Shown here in pieces: positions 46,685 to 58,443 of a stretch of DNA of 64,000 nt. Both the position numbers and the translations under genes were made by a program. Below the pieces are notes generated by a model. That model saw only the letters and a program-made list of their open reading frames with translations. It had not been told where the DNA came from and did not search any database. Position 1 is the stretch's first letter. Each line of letters begins with the position of its first letter. The stretch is from the NCBI RefSeq assembly GCF_056746865.1, contig NZ_CM163382.1, one strand, 5' to 3'.

Positions 46685-47117
46685 TTTCTTACTCCTTTCA
46701 CCCAAAAAAAGCGCACAACGACACACGCGTGTCTGACGTGACAAGGATAGTCCAGGACAAGCTTGCAGGATACCCTTTCTACGTAATCTTCCTGGTAAAA
46801 TCATGGAGAAAATGAAACAAGGTTAATTTGTTGTTTCATTGTTAAAAAATGATAGTGCCGTTGCTTTTTTTGTTGCCAGAGATTAACGCCTTCTCAGAAC
46901 GTTAGATTTTCGAAATCTTTACAAACCGGGAGTGGTAAGAGATATATCGGCATTTATCAGATCGTTAGGTGGCTATAAGTCACGCTAAATGACTGGCTGA
47001 ATCGAATCATAGCCAGAGCATGCCCTGACTACACCCCGCTGTGTCTGTTTTTCCCGACTATTCTTAATGAGCTTCGATGCAATTCACGATCCCGCAGTGT
47101 GATTTGAGGAGTTTTCA

Positions 47118-47408
47118 ATGGAATATAAAGATCCAATGCATGAGCTGTTGAGCAGCCTGGAACAGATTGTTTTTAAAGATGAAACGCAGAAAATTACCCT
47201 GACGCACAGAACAACGTCCTGTACCGAAATTGAGCAGTTACGAAAAGGGACAGGGTTAAAAATCGATGATTTCGCCCGGGTTTTGGGCGTATCAGTCGCC
47301 ATGGTAAAGGAATGGGAATCCAGACGCGTGAAGCCTTCAAGTGCCGAACTAAAATTGATGCGTTTGATTCAAGCCAACCCGGCATTAAGTAAGCAGTTGA
47401 TGGAATAG
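47118..47408 (+). CDS. yiaG: HTH-type transcriptional regulator YiaG
   Basis: 96-aa ORF MEYKDPMHELLSSLEQIVFKDETQKITLTHRTTSCTEIEQLRKGTGLKIDDFARVLGVSVAMVKEWESRR.... Confidence 0.88.
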   Translation: MEYKDPMHELLSSLEQIVFKDETQKITLTHRTTSCTEIEQLRKGTGLKIDDFARVLGVSVAMVKEWESRRVKPSSAELKLMRLIQANPALSKQLME

Positions 47409-47688
47409 ACTTTTATCCACTTTATTGCTGTTTACGGTCCTGATGACAGGACCGTTTTCCAACCGATTAATCATAAATATGAAAAATAATTGTTGCATCA
47501 CCCGCCAATGCGTGGCTTAATGCACATCAACGGTTTGACGTACAGACCATTAAAGCAGTGTAGTAAGGCAAGTCCCTTCAAGAGTTATCGTTGATACCCC
47601 TCGTAGTGCACATTCCTTTAACGCTTCAAAATCTGTAAAGCACGCCATATCGCCGAAAGGCACACTTAATTATTAAAGGTAATACACT
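47409..47688 (+). promoter_or_regulatory. cspA promoter and long 5' UTR (cold-shock RNA thermosensor region)
   Basis: Non-coding region upstream of the cspA ATG. cspA is known to have a ~160-nt leader; exact transcription start not determined here. Confidence 0.55.
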
Positions 47689-47901
47689 ATGTCCGGTAAA
47701 ATGACTGGTATCGTAAAATGGTTCAACGCTGACAAAGGCTTCGGCTTCATCACTCCTGACGATGGCTCTAAAGACGTGTTCGTACACTTCTCTGCTATCC
47801 AGAACGATGGTTACAAATCTCTGGACGAAGGTCAGAAAGTGTCCTTCACCATCGAAAGCGGCGCTAAAGGCCCGGCAGCTGGCAACGTAACCAGCCTGTA
47901 A
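47689..47901 (+). CDS. cspA: Major cold shock protein CspA
   Basis: [70 protein letters not shown] (70 aa). Confidence 0.97.
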
Positions 47902-47929
47902 TCTCTGCTTAAAAGCACAGAATCTAAGA

Positions 47930-47957
47930 TCCCTGCCATTTGGCGGGGATTTTTTTA
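47930..47957 (+). terminator. cspA rho-independent terminator
   Basis: ccctgcc-atttg-gcgggg hairpin followed by T6 at 47951-47956. Confidence 0.7.
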
Positions 47958-48088
47958 TTTGTTTTTCAGGAAATAAATAATCGATCGCGTAATAGAATCT
48001 AGTGTTATTTTTGTGAAGAATAAATTTGGGTGCAATGAGAATGCGCAACACCGTAAGAAAGGCGGGAATAATTTCCCGCCGAAGACGC

Positions 48089-48241
48089 TTACTCTTTCAA
48101 TTTGCAGGCTAAAAACGCCGCCAGCTCATAACTCTCCTGTTTAATATGCAATTCACACAGTGAATCTCTTATCATCCAGGTGAAAAATAAAAGCGTGAAA
48201 CAAATCACTATTAAAGAAAGTAATCTATATTTCTGCGGCAT
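48089..48241 (-). CDS. hokA: Hok-family type I toxin HokA (50 aa); locus not interrupted by an IS
   Basis: ATG at 48239-48241 gives MPQKYRLLSLIVICFTLLFFTWMIRDSLCELHIKQESYELAAFLACKLKE. Confidence 0.85.
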   Translation of the reverse strand: MPQKYRLLSLIVICFTLLFFTWMIRDSLCELHIKQESYELAAFLACKLKE

Positions 48242-48519
48242 TCCCAGCCCCCTGTGTTGATTTCCAACGAGTAAGAGGCTAACCTTATGGTGTCTATGCA
48301 TAGAGGGGCCTCACTTTGATTTATAGTCAGGTGGGGCTTTTCTCTGTCTGCCTTTCGGTGAATACCTGAGACAAACAGTCTCAAGCACCCGCAGCTATTC
48401 TAGCTTAATAAGTTCGTTTCTTCTCCTTGATATAATCCTAAAAAAATCTCATAAAATTAATATATGAGACAATCTTTATTCAGCAGAAGATTATTAAAGG
48501 TTGCTCTATTATTTAGCGA

Positions 48520-48551
48520 TAAAAAAGCCTGCCAGATGGCAGGCTTTTTAA
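48520..48551 (-). terminator. glyS terminator (bidirectional-looking)
   Basis: agcctgcca-gat-ggcaggct hairpin flanked by A6 and T5. Confidence 0.6.
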
Positions 48552-48562
48552 TAATGGCGTTA

Positions 48563-50632
48563 TTACTGTAACAGCGAAATATCCGCAACGCGCAGGAACA
48601 GTTCGCGCAGTTTCTCCAGCATGGTCAAACGGTTGATACGCAATTCTTTGTCATCAACCATGACCATCACTTTATCGAAGAAGGCATCAACCGGTTCACG
48701 CAGCTCTGCCAGTTCGACCAGCGCATCCTGGTAACGACCTTCCGCAAAGTACGGCTCCAGCTTGTCACGTAGCACCACAACCTGCATCGCCAGTTTAATT
48801 TCTTCCGGCTCTTTCAGAGTAGAGGCATTCACGCGGTCGCTCAGCACTTCGTCAGATTTCGCCAGAATGTTAGATACACGCTTGTTCGCCGCCGCCAGTG
48901 CTGCAGCTGCATCCAGGGTACGGAAGTGCGATACCGCTTTCATTCGGGCATCGAAATCAGCCGGACGAGTCGGACGACGCGCCAGTACCGCCTGGATGGT
49001 GTCAACAGTGTAACCTTCGTCCTGATACCAGGCGCGGAAGCGACCGAGCATAAAGTCGATAACATCATCAACCACGTTGGCATTTGTCAGCTTATCGCCA
49101 TACAAACGCACCGCTTCTTCGGTCAGGGTTTGCAGGTCAAGATTGAGGTTCTTCTCAACGATAATACGCAGCACGCCAAGTGCGGCACGACGCAGCGCAA
49201 ACGGGTCTTTGTCGCCTTTCGGATGCTGACCGATACCGAAGATACCCGCCAGAGTATCCATCTTGTCAGCAATCGCCAGCGCACAGGCTACCGGGTTAGA
49301 CGGCAGGTCATCACCGGCAAAGCGCGGCTGATACTGCTCGTTCAGCGCCACTGCAACATCTTCCGCTTCGCCATCGTGACGCGCGTAGTGCATCCCCATA
49401 ACGCCCTGGGTGTCGGTGAACTCGAAGACCATGTTGGTCATCAGGTCGCACTTGGACAGCAGGCCCGCACGGGTTGCGTGGTTAACGTCAGCGCCAATCT
49501 GTTCAGCAATCCAGCCAGCCAGCGCCTGGATGCGGTCAGTTTTGTCACGCAGTGTGCCAAGCTGTTGCTGGAACAGCACGGTTTGCAGACGCGGCAGATT
49601 ATCTTCCAGACGTTTTTTACGGTCGGTGTTGAAGAAGAACTCGGCATCCGCCAGACGTGGACGAACGACTTTCTCGTTACCAGAGATAATTTGCTGCGGA
49701 TCTTTCGATTCGATGTTGGCAACGAAGATAAAGTTCGGCAGCAGTTTGCCGTCGTTCGCATACACCGGGAAGTACTTCTGGTCACCTTTCATGGTGTAAA
49801 CCAGCGCTTCAGACGGCACCGCGAGGAATTTCTCTTCGAATTTTGCGGTCAGCACAACCGGCCATTCCACCAGCGAAGCGACTTCTTCCAACAGGCTTTC
49901 GCTTAAGTCAGCGTTACCGCCAATCTTACGCGCCGCTTCTTCGGCATCGGCTTTAATCTTCGCCTTACGTTCTTCGTAATCGGCGATGACTTTCCCGCGC
50001 TCACGCAGAATTTCCGGGTATTGATCGGCATTGTCGATAGTGAATTCCGGCTCGCCCATAAAGCGGTGGCCGCGAATCACGCGATCGGACTGAATGCCCA
50101 GAATGGTAGCCGGAATAACTTTGTCGCCCAGCAGCAGGGTCACGGTGTGCACCGGACGCACGAAGTGCACGTCGCTTGCACCCCAGCGCATCAGTTTCGG
50201 GATCGGCAGTTTCGCCAGCGAAGTCGCAACCATATTCGGCAGCAGTGCTTCGGTGCTTTCGCCCTTCACGTGGGCGCGATACAGCAGCCATTCACCTTTA
50301 TCGGTAGTCAGACGCTCAGCCTGGTCAACGGTAATACCGCAACCACGCGCCCAGCCTTCTGCCGCTTTGCTCGGTTTGCCTTCAGCGTCGAACGCCTGGG
50401 CAATCGCCGGGCCGCGTTTTTCGATTTCACGATCCGGTTGCGCTTCCGCCAGGTTAGCTACTTTCAGCGCCAGACGACGCGGAGCAGCAAACCATTGAAC
50501 GGTGCCGTGTGCGAGGCCAGCGTTATCCAGCTCCGCAGTAAAGTTCGCAGCAAAGGACTCAGCCAGGCTGCGCAGTGCTTTTGGTGGCAGCTCTTCAGTG
50601 CCGATTTCCACCAGAAAAGTTTTCTCAGACAT
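48563..50632 (-). CDS. glyS: Glycine--tRNA ligase beta subunit
   Basis: 689-aa [43 protein letters not shown].... Confidence 0.96.
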   Translation of the reverse strand: MSEKTFLVEIGTEELPPKALRSLAESFAANFTAELDNAGLAHGTVQWFAAPRRLALKVANLAEAQPDREIEKRGPAIAQAFDAEGKPSKAAEGWARGCGITVDQAERLTTDKGEWLLYRAHVKGESTEALLPNMVATSLAKLPIPKLMRWGASDVHFVRPVHTVTLLLGDKVIPATILGIQSDRVIRGHRFMGEPEFTIDNADQYPEILRERGKVIADYEERKAKIKADAEEAARKIGGNADLSESLLEEVASLVEWPVVLTAKFEEKFLAVPSEALVYTMKGDQKYFPVYANDGKLLPNFIFVANIESKDPQQIISGNEKVVRPRLADAEFFFNTDRKKRLEDNLPRLQTVLFQQQLGTLRDKTDRIQALAGWIAEQIGADVNHATRAGLLSKCDLMTNMVFEFTDTQGVMGMHYARHDGEAEDVAVALNEQYQPRFAGDDLPSNPVACALAIADKMDTLAGIFGIGQHPKGDKDPFALRRAALGVLRIIVEKNLNLDLQTLTEEAVRLYGDKLTNANVVDDVIDFMLGRFRAWYQDEGYTVDTIQAVLARRPTRPADFDARMKAVSHFRTLDAAAALAAANKRVSNILAKSDEVLSDRVNASTLKEPEEIKLAMQVVVLRDKLEPYFAEGRYQDALVELAELREPVDAFFDKVMVMVDDKELRINRLTMLEKLRELFLRVADISLLQ

Positions 50633-50641
50633 AGCCGCCTC

Positions 50642-51553
50642 TTACTTATCTTTGTTGCACATCGGGAAGCCGAGGGCTTCACGGGAAGCGTAGTATGCTT
50701 CTGCCACTGCTTTGGTCAGGGTGCGAATGCGCAGAATATAGCGCTGACGCTCGGTGACGGAGATGGCTTTACGCGCATCCAGCAGGTTGAAGCTGTGGGC
50801 GGCTTTCAGAATACGTTCGTAGGCTGGCAACGGCAGCGGATTTTCCAGCGCCAGCAGCTGCTGCGCTTCTTTCTCGTACTGCTCAAAGCAGGTGAACAGG
50901 AAGTCCACATCCGCGTATTCGAAGTTGTAAGTGGACTGCTCCACTTCGTTCTGATGGAACACGTCGCCGTAGGTGGTTTTACCCAGCGGGCCGTCGCTCC
51001 AGACCAGGTCGTAAACGCTGTCTACGCCCTGAATGTACATTGCCAGACGTTCCAGACCGTAGGTGATCTCGCCGGTAACCGGTTTACACTCCAGACCACC
51101 AACCTGCTGGAAGTAAGTGAACTGCGTCACTTCCATGCCGTTCAGCCACACTTCCCAGCCCAGCCCCCAGGCACCCAGCGTCGGGTTTTCCCAGTTATCT
51201 TCCACGAAACGGATGTCGTGGATGGTCGGGTCCATGCCCAGCTCTTTCAGAGAACCAAGGTACAGCTCCTGAATATTGTCCGGCGATGGCTTAATGACCA
51301 CCTGGAACTGATAGTAGTGCTGTAAACGGTTGGGGTTTTCGCCGTAGCGACCATCGGTCGGGCGACGAGAAGGCTGGACATAAGCAGCCGCCATCGGTTC
51401 TGGCCCCAGCGCGCGCAGACAGGTCATTGGGTGAGAGGTTCCCGCGCCGACTTCCATGTCCAATGGTTGAACAATGGTGCAGCCCTGGCGAGCCCAGTAA
51501 TCCTGTAAGGTCAGGATCAAGCCCTGGAAGGTCCTGGTATCAAACTTTTGCAT
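50642..51553 (-). CDS. glyQ: Glycine--tRNA ligase alpha subunit
   Basis: 303-aa [45 protein letters not shown].... Confidence 0.96.
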
Positions 51554-51647
51554 ATTATTTCGTGCTGGATACGTGTGGATTTAAAGGAAGGGATCAGTAT
51601 ACCCGCTGGATGGAAGATATACAGTACGAAACGGGAAAAAGCAGGGC

Positions 51648-51956
51648 TTAACGCATGGAAAGATGCAAAAAATGGCCATCTGCGTCAAAAGAACAGACAA
51701 ACTGCTCTTTACGGAAGGTATAACCGCGCATTTCGTAGCTCCCCTGGAACTGTTCAAATGCGGTGACGTCGATTTTTTGCGCACCTGTATTATAGCGTTT
51801 TGCCGCCTGATCTTTGCATAGCCCTTCCATATTCAACGAACGCAGAGGATCAACCTTTACCCGTTGTGCTTTCTGCACGGGTGGCGGTGTAGAACAACCC
51901 ACTAGCGCCATAAGCACCATAAGCGCCATTGCCGGAAAGAAAGAGTTCATCATCAT
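51648..51956 (-). CDS. ysaB: Lipoprotein YsaB
   Basis: ORF MMMNSFFPAMALMVLMALVGCSTPPPVQKAQ... with a lipobox. Three consecutive ATGs at the 5' end; the exact start is uncertain. Confidence 0.8.
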   Translation of the reverse strand: MMMNSFFPAMALMVLMALVGCSTPPPVQKAQRVKVDPLRSLNMEGLCKDQAAKRYNTGAQKIDVTAFEQFQGSYEMRGYTFRKEQFVCSFDADGHFLHLSMR

Positions 51957-52130
51957 TAAATTACCGTCTGGTTTGCAGGTGAGTCTTATTATTTATATCG
52001 GTATAGTGGCTGATATCTTACGAATTTCCTTAAGCCTCTATAAGCTGTAGTGATAAAACTCAGATTATTCCAGTGCGCCAACCGAATGATTTATCGGTCA
52101 GACTTTTTTTAACCAGATACAGAGACACAG

Positions 52131-53126
52131 ATGCAGCCCAAAATTTACTGGATTGATAACCTGCGAGGGATAGCGTGTTTAATGGTGGTGATGATTCACA
52201 CCACTACCTGGTATGTGACCAATGCTCATAGTGTTAGCCCCGTCACATGGGATATCGCCAATGTTCTGAATTCTGCCTCTCGTGTCAGCGTGCCGCTATT
52301 TTTCATGATTTCCGGCTATCTCTTTTTTGGCGAACGCAGCGCCCAGCCGCGCCATTTCTTGCGTATCGGCTTATGTCTGCTTTTTTATAGCGCAATCGCA
52401 CTGCTCTACATTGCGCTGTTTACCTCCATCAATATGGAGTTAGCGCTGAAAAACCTGCTGCAAAAGCCAGTGTTTTACCACTTGTGGTTTTTCTTCGCGA
52501 TTGCGGTGATTTATCTGGTTTCACCGCTGATTCAGGTGAAGAACGTCGGCGGAAAAATGTTGCTGGTGCTAATGGTGGTGATTGGCATTATCGCTAACCC
52601 AAACACAGTGCCGCAGAAAATTGACGGTTTTGAATGGCTGCCAATTAACTTATATATCAATGGCGATACTTTTTACTACATCCTGTATGGCATGTTGGGC
52701 CGCGCTATAGGGATGATGGACACACAGCATAAAGCACTGTCGTGGGTGTGCGCCGCACTGTTTGCGACGGGGGTTTTTATTATCTCTCGCGGGACATTAT
52801 ATGAATTGCAGTGGCGCGGAAATTTTGCCGATACCTGGTATCTTTACTGTGGGCCGATGGTTTTTATCTGCGCAACCACGCTATTGACTCTGGTTAAAAA
52901 CACGCTTGATACGCGTACTGTTCGCGGACTTGGCTTAATCTCCCGCCATTCGTTGGGTATATACGGATTCCACGCCTTGATTATCCATGCACTGCGCACC
53001 CGGGGGATTGAGCTTAAAAACTGGCCAATACTCGATATTATTTGGATCTTTTGCGCGACGTTGGCAGCGAGTTTGTTACTTTCTATGCTGGTACAACGAA
53101 TCGACAGAAACAGACTAGTGAGTTAA
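52131..53126 (+). CDS. wecH: O-acetyltransferase WecH
   Basis: 331-aa polytopic membrane [32 protein letters not shown].... Confidence 0.9.
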   Translation: MQPKIYWIDNLRGIACLMVVMIHTTTWYVTNAHSVSPVTWDIANVLNSASRVSVPLFFMISGYLFFGERSAQPRHFLRIGLCLLFYSAIALLYIALFTSINMELALKNLLQKPVFYHLWFFFAIAVIYLVSPLIQVKNVGGKMLLVLMVVIGIIANPNTVPQKIDGFEWLPINLYINGDTFYYILYGMLGRAIGMMDTQHKALSWVCAALFATGVFIISRGTLYELQWRGNFADTWYLYCGPMVFICATTLLTLVKNTLDTRTVRGLGLISRHSLGIYGFHALIIHALRTRGIELKNWPILDIIWIFCATLAASLLLSMLVQRIDRNRLVS

Positions 53127-53130
53127 ATAA

Positions 53131-53160
53131 AAGCCCGGTCACATTGGACTGACCGGGCTT
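53131..53160. terminator. Bidirectional stem-loop between convergent wecH and yiaA
   Basis: aagcccggtca-cattggac-tgaccgggctt hairpin. Confidence 0.5.
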
Positions 53161-53167
53161 ATGTGAA

Positions 53168-53605
53168 TTATTCGCTGTATTCTTCCTGGGTAATCTGTGT
53201 TTCTTTTGGTGGGTTTATTCCGGCATCACGAATATTCTTCTGCACCGCTACTGCACCAAACAAGCTTAAGAAGAAAGCCAGTCCATAAAAACCTTTCTCG
53301 CTGAGTAATAATGTCGCATTCCACAGACCTACCATCAGTAATGCAACAGAGATAATAAAGACAGTCAGGCAGGTCATATAATAAATGGAAGTGGTCGGTA
53401 TGCCTTCATACTTGTCCCGAACGGTCTTTTGATAAGACGCAGCAGAAAACAGTCCTAATACCAGTACGGCAAAATAATATCCTTTTTCATTTAACTGCAT
53501 CTCTGCATTCCATAGCCCTAACAGATAGGTAACGATACCACCAACGAGAGCTATCCATGACACAATACTAAAGGCCGGTGAATAGGTTGATATTTTGTTG
53601 TCCAT
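53168..53605 (-). CDS. yiaA: Inner membrane protein YiaA
   Basis: ATG at 53603-53605 gives [38 protein letters not shown]... (145 aa). The track start at 53608 is a GTG. Confidence 0.88.
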   Translation of the reverse strand: MDNKISTYSPAFSIVSWIALVGGIVTYLLGLWNAEMQLNEKGYYFAVLVLGLFSAASYQKTVRDKYEGIPTTSIYYMTCLTVFIISVALLMVGLWNATLLLSEKGFYGLAFFLSLFGAVAVQKNIRDAGINPPKETQITQEEYSE

Positions 53606-53649
53606 CACAGTATTCCTTCATTCCTGAATGTGTAAGAGCTTTATGTTGC

Positions 53650-53991
53650 TCATGCCGAGCGAAACAAACGCATTTGACCAAACAAGCAGACAAAAAAGGC
53701 GATGGGGTAGATCACCATTTCATAAGCATTGATAGGTGCATTTAAAACACCGATAAACAAGAGACCGATAGTGATTAACGCGACTAACTGGCAGATGTGG
53801 GTAAAAAAATTATCCAGTTGCCCGAGTTTTTCTGCGCGAAGATATGCATAGTTACCAAAAGTTGCTGTCATTAACACGCCAAGAAAATAGCCTTTTCCAC
53901 TTAACAATGGGCATGAGATCCATAGCCCAAGCAGATAAACCAGCGCCCCGACAACAAATAATAGTTTTGCCACAGTTTTTGAGGTTTTCAT
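53650..53991 (-). CDS. yiaB: Inner membrane protein YiaB
   Basis: ATG at 53989-53991 gives MKTSKTVAKLLFVVGALVYLLGLWISCPLLSGKGYF... (113 aa); paralogous to YiaA. Confidence 0.85.
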   Translation of the reverse strand: MKTSKTVAKLLFVVGALVYLLGLWISCPLLSGKGYFLGVLMTATFGNYAYLRAEKLGQLDNFFTHICQLVALITIGLLFIGVLNAPINAYEMVIYPIAFFVCLFGQMRLFRSA

Positions 53992-54159
53992 AACGATCTC
54001 CATATCTACCATCGATACATTACGAGTAACCAACGAAAGACAAAACTGAAAAATGCCATTAACAAATGATTTTCAGAATAAATTCATACTAAATATTAAT
54101 TAATTACTGAGATATATAGATGTGAATTATCCCCCACCCGGTCAGGCAGGGGATAACGT

Positions 54160-55614
54160 TTACGCCATTAATGGCAGAAGTTGCTGATAGAGGCGACGGA
54201 ACGTTTCTCGTCGTGGCTGATAAGCGGCATAACGCTGCGCATCTGGTAGATGCGACTGTTCTAACGGCAGTTGCGGCAACAACTCAATGAGCGATTTCTC
54301 TGGATTCGCCGCAATCTGCGCCAGCCTTGCTGCGCCCAGAGCTGGCCCCACATCCCCCCCCGTGCGGTAATCGAGTTGCTGACCGCTGATATCCGCCAGC
54401 ATCTGACGCCAGTACTCACTACGCGCCCCGCCACCAATCAACGTAACACTTTGCGGTTTAATGCCGCAGGCATGCACGACATCCATGCCATCTGCCAGCG
54501 CATAACCCACGCCTTCCAGCACTGCTCGCGCCAGTTCATTGGGGCCATGTTGATGAGTCAAACCAAAGAAAACCCCCTTCGCCTGGGGATTATTGTGTGG
54601 TGTACGCTCGCCGGAAAGATAAGGCAGAAACCAAACTGGCTCGGCACTTTCATCAGCCTGTTGAGCAGCCGCGATTAAAGCTGGGACATTGTTCAGGCCC
54701 GTTAATTTCGCAGCCCAATCCAGACACGACGCTGCACTCAGCATCACAGACATTAAATGCCAACGCTGCGGTAGCGCATGGCAAAAGCTGTGTACGGCGC
54801 TTTCTGGCTTGCTTAAGAACCCTTCGCTGACAGCAAAATAGACCCCCGACGTCCCCAGCGATAACATTGCCTGATTAGCATCAACCATTCCTACACCAAC
54901 CGCACCAGCTGCATTATCACCACCGCCTGCGACAACTGGCACCGCCGCCATACCCCACGCTTTCGCAACTTCAGGTAACAAAGCACCAGTAATTTCGCTG
55001 CCTTCGTATAATGCGGGCATCTGGTCACGAGATAAGTGGCAAGCCTGCAGCATGACGTCACTCCAGTCACGCTTTGCGACATCCAGCCACATGGTGCCAG
55101 CTGCGTCAGACATATCGCTGGCAAACTCCCCCGTCATACGCAGACGCAAGTAATCTTTCGGTAACAATACTTTGTCGATTTGACGGAATATCTCCGGCTC
55201 ATGCCGCTGAACCCATAGCAATTTAGGCGCAGTAAATCCGGGCATCATCAGGTTACCGGAAATCACCCGCGATTGCGGAACTCGCGCTTCCAGCAAAGCG
55301 CACTCTTGCGCACAGCGCCCGTCGTTCCACAAAATGGCAGGGCGTAATAACCGTTGCTGGGCATCCAGTAAGGTTGCACCGTGCATCTGGCCGGCAATAC
55401 CCAATGCTTTAACGTCCTGCAGAGAATGCTGATCGCCCAGGGCTTTCATTGCGCGATCAGTTGCCTGCCACCACTGTTCCGGGTCTTGTTCCGACCAGAG
55501 TGGATGCGGGCGCGAAACGGTCAGCTTTTCCGTTTGCGAAGCAACCACCTCGCCCTGCTCGTTGAGCAAAATAACTTTTACGCCCGAGGTGCCAAGATCT
55601 ATCCCGATATACAT
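54160..55614 (-). CDS. xylB: Xylulokinase
   Basis: 484-aa ORF MYIGIDLGTSGVKVILLNEQGEVVASQTEKLTVSRPHPLWSEQDPEQWW... (FGGY kinase). Confidence 0.96.
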   Translation of the reverse strand: MYIGIDLGTSGVKVILLNEQGEVVASQTEKLTVSRPHPLWSEQDPEQWWQATDRAMKALGDQHSLQDVKALGIAGQMHGATLLDAQQRLLRPAILWNDGRCAQECALLEARVPQSRVISGNLMMPGFTAPKLLWVQRHEPEIFRQIDKVLLPKDYLRLRMTGEFASDMSDAAGTMWLDVAKRDWSDVMLQACHLSRDQMPALYEGSEITGALLPEVAKAWGMAAVPVVAGGGDNAAGAVGVGMVDANQAMLSLGTSGVYFAVSEGFLSKPESAVHSFCHALPQRWHLMSVMLSAASCLDWAAKLTGLNNVPALIAAAQQADESAEPVWFLPYLSGERTPHNNPQAKGVFFGLTHQHGPNELARAVLEGVGYALADGMDVVHACGIKPQSVTLIGGGARSEYWRQMLADISGQQLDYRTGGDVGPALGAARLAQIAANPEKSLIELLPQLPLEQSHLPDAQRYAAYQPRRETFRRLYQQLLPLMA

Positions 55615-55685
55615 ATCGATCGTTCCTTAAAAAAATGCCCGGTATCGCTACCGATAACCGGGCCAACGGACTGCACAGTTAGCCG

Positions 55686-57008
55686 TTATTTGTCGAACAG
55701 ATAATGGTTTACCAGATTTTCCAGTTGCTCCTGGCGACCACTCTGATGCACCGGAGACAAATTGTGTTCCTGAGCATATTTGGCTAAATCTGCCAGTGAC
55801 ATTTGGCCTTTCAGGATTTGCTGGCCTAATTCGCTATTCCAGCCGGAATAACGCTGCGCGATGCGTTTATCCAGCTCACCATCTTCAATCATGCGTGCTG
55901 CAATTTTCAGCGCCAACGCCATCGTATCCATCGCGCCGATATGACCGTAAAACAGATCATATTTATCAGTACTTTGACGACGTACTTTGGCATCGAAGTT
56001 CAGACCGCCGGTGGTGAAACCGCCTGCTTTGAGAATTTCATACATCACCAACGCATTCTCTTCCACACTGTTCGGGAACTGGTCGGTGTCCCAGCCCAGT
56101 TGTGCATCGCCACGGTTAGCGTCGACAGAACCGAACAGGCCAAGCGCAATGGCGGTGGCTATTTCATGATGGAAAGAGTGACCTGCCAGCGTCGCGTGGT
56201 TAGCTTCAATGTTCAGTTTAATCTCTTTTTCCAGACCAAACTGTTTCAGGAAGCCATACACCGTCGCAGCATCGTAATCATATTGATGTTTAGTCGGTTC
56301 TTGCGGTTTCGGTTCGATAAGCAACGTGCCCTGGAAGCCGATTTTATGTTTATGCTCAACCACCATCTGCATAAAGCGGCCCAGTTGTTCACGCTCCTGA
56401 CGCAGGTCGGTATTTAACAGCGTTTCGTAACCTTCACGACCGCCCCACAGGACATAGTTTTCACCACCCAATTTATGGGTTGCTTCCATCGCTGTAACAA
56501 CTTGAGTTGCCGCCCAACTAAAGACTTCTGGATCTGGGTTCGTCGCAGCACCCGCACCGTAGCGAGGGTTTGTAAAGCAGTTAGCGGTTCCCCACAGCAG
56601 CTTCACGCCGCTCTCTTCTTGCTTGCCTGCCAGGACATCAACCATTTGCGCAAAATTATTGATGTACTCTTTTAACGACGCGCCCTCAGGGGAAACATCC
56701 ACATCGTGGAAGCAATAAAATGGCACATGTAACTTGTGGAAAAACTCAAATGCGACATCTGCTTTACGCTTCGCCAACGCCAGTGCCTCACCAGGCTGCT
56801 GCCACGGACGATTAAACGCCCCCACACCAAACATGTCCGCCCCGTTCCAGCAGAAGGTGTGCCAGTAGCAGGCGGCAAATCGCAAGTGCTCTTCCATACG
56901 CTTGCCCAACACCAGTTCGTCGGGATTATAGTGATGGAATGCTAACGGGTTAGAGGATTTTGAGCCTTCATAACGAACGCGATCGAGCTGGTCAAAATAG
57001 GCTTGCAT
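55686..57008 (-). CDS. xylA: Xylose isomerase
   Basis: ATG at 57006-57008 gives [54 protein letters not shown]... (440 aa). Confidence 0.96.
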   Translation of the reverse strand: MQAYFDQLDRVRYEGSKSSNPLAFHHYNPDELVLGKRMEEHLRFAACYWHTFCWNGADMFGVGAFNRPWQQPGEALALAKRKADVAFEFFHKLHVPFYCFHDVDVSPEGASLKEYINNFAQMVDVLAGKQEESGVKLLWGTANCFTNPRYGAGAATNPDPEVFSWAATQVVTAMEATHKLGGENYVLWGGREGYETLLNTDLRQEREQLGRFMQMVVEHKHKIGFQGTLLIEPKPQEPTKHQYDYDAATVYGFLKQFGLEKEIKLNIEANHATLAGHSFHHEIATAIALGLFGSVDANRGDAQLGWDTDQFPNSVEENALVMYEILKAGGFTTGGLNFDAKVRRQSTDKYDLFYGHIGAMDTMALALKIAARMIEDGELDKRIAQRYSGWNSELGQQILKGQMSLADLAKYAQEHNLSPVHQSGRQEQLENLVNHYLFDK

Positions 57009-57373
57009 ATTGAACTCCATAATCAGGTAATGCCGCGGGTGATGGATGATGTCGTAATATTGGGCACTCCCTTTCAGTTGCTCAATTATGTTATTTCACA
57101 CTGCTATTGAGATAATTCACAAGTGTGCGCTCGCTCGCAAAATAAAATGGAATGAGGAAACTGGGTAATTCCTCGAAGAGAAAAATGCAATAAGTACAAT
57201 TGCGCAACAAAAGTAAGATCTCTGTCATAAATCAAGAAATAAACCAAAAATCGTAATCGAAAGATAAAAATCTGTAATTGTTTTCCCCTGTTTAGTTGCT
57301 AAAAATTGGTTACGTTTATCGCGGTGATTGTTACTTATTAAAGCTGTCCTCTACCTACAGAAGGCCCTACACC
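57009..57373. promoter_or_regulatory. Divergent xylAB / xylFGH promoter region (XylR and CRP-cAMP controlled)
   Basis: AT-rich 365-bp intergenic region between divergent xylA and xylF. The regulatory roles are known for this locus; individual sites not assigned here. Confidence 0.6.
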
Positions 57374-58366
57374 ATGAAAATAAAGAACATTCTACTCACC
57401 CTTTGCACCTCACTTCTGCTTACCAACGTTGCGGCACACGCCAAAGAAGTCAAAATAGGTATGGCGATTGATGATCTCCGTCTTGAACGCTGGCAAAAAG
57501 ATCGAGATATTTTTGTGAAAAAGGCAGAATCTCTCGGCGCGAAAGTATTTGTACAGTCTGCAAATGGCAATGAAGAAACACAAATGTCGCAGATTGAAAA
57601 CATGATTAACCGGGGCGTCGATGTTCTTGTCATTATTCCGTATAACGGTCAGGTATTAAGTAACGTTGTAAAAGAAGCCAAACAAGAAGGTATTAAAGTA
57701 TTAGCTTACGACCGTATGATTAACGATGCGGATATCGATTTTTATATTTCTTTCGATAACGAAAAAGTCGGTGAACTACAGGCAAAAGCCCTGGTCGATA
57801 TTGTTCCGCAAGGTAATTACTTCCTGATGGGCGGCTCGCCGGTAGATAACAACGCCAAGCTGTTCCGCGCCGGGCAAATGAAAGTGTTAAAACCTTACGT
57901 TGATTCCGGAAAAATTAAAGTCGTTGGTGACCAATGGGTTGATGGCTGGTTACCGGAAAACGCATTGAAAATTATGGAAAACGCGCTAACCGCCAATAAT
58001 AACAAAATTGATGCTGTAGTTGCCTCAAACGATGCCACCGCAGGTGGGGCAATTCAGGCATTAAGCGCGCAAGGTTTATCAGGGAAAGTAGCAATTTCCG
58101 GCCAGGATGCGGATCTCGCAGGTATTAAACGTATTGCTGCCGGTACGCAAACTATGACGGTGTATAAACCTATTACATTGTTGGCAAATACTGCCGCAGA
58201 AATTGCCGTTGAGTTGGGCAATGGTCAGGAACCAAAAGCAGATACCACTCTGAATAATGGTCTGAAAGATGTTCCCTCCCGCCTGCTGACACCGATCGAT
58301 GTGAATAAAAACAACATCAAAGAAACGGTAGTTAAAGACGGATTCCACAAAGAGAGCGAGCTGTAA
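57374..58366 (+). CDS. xylF: D-xylose ABC transporter periplasmic binding protein XylF
   Basis: ATG at 57374 gives MKIKNILLTLCTSLLLTNVAAHAKEVKIGMAIDDLRLERWQKDRDIF... (330 aa). Confidence 0.95.
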   Translation: MKIKNILLTLCTSLLLTNVAAHAKEVKIGMAIDDLRLERWQKDRDIFVKKAESLGAKVFVQSANGNEETQMSQIENMINRGVDVLVIIPYNGQVLSNVVKEAKQEGIKVLAYDRMINDADIDFYISFDNEKVGELQAKALVDIVPQGNYFLMGGSPVDNNAKLFRAGQMKVLKPYVDSGKIKVVGDQWVDGWLPENALKIMENALTANNNKIDAVVASNDATAGGAIQALSAQGLSGKVAISGQDADLAGIKRIAAGTQTMTVYKPITLLANTAAEIAVELGNGQEPKADTTLNNGLKDVPSRLLTPIDVNKNNIKETVVKDGFHKESEL

Positions 58367-58443
58367 GCGTTACGCCCCGGCGAGGAGCGGGGGCGTGATT
58401 TCTCTCCATGCCGCGTGAATGAATTGGCTTAGGTGGAGTCGTT

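Noticed and set aside
48926-51325. 326-aa and 434-aa plus-strand ORFs across glyS/glyQ
   Set aside because: Antisense to essential, highly conserved aminoacyl-tRNA synthetase genes; shadow ORFs.
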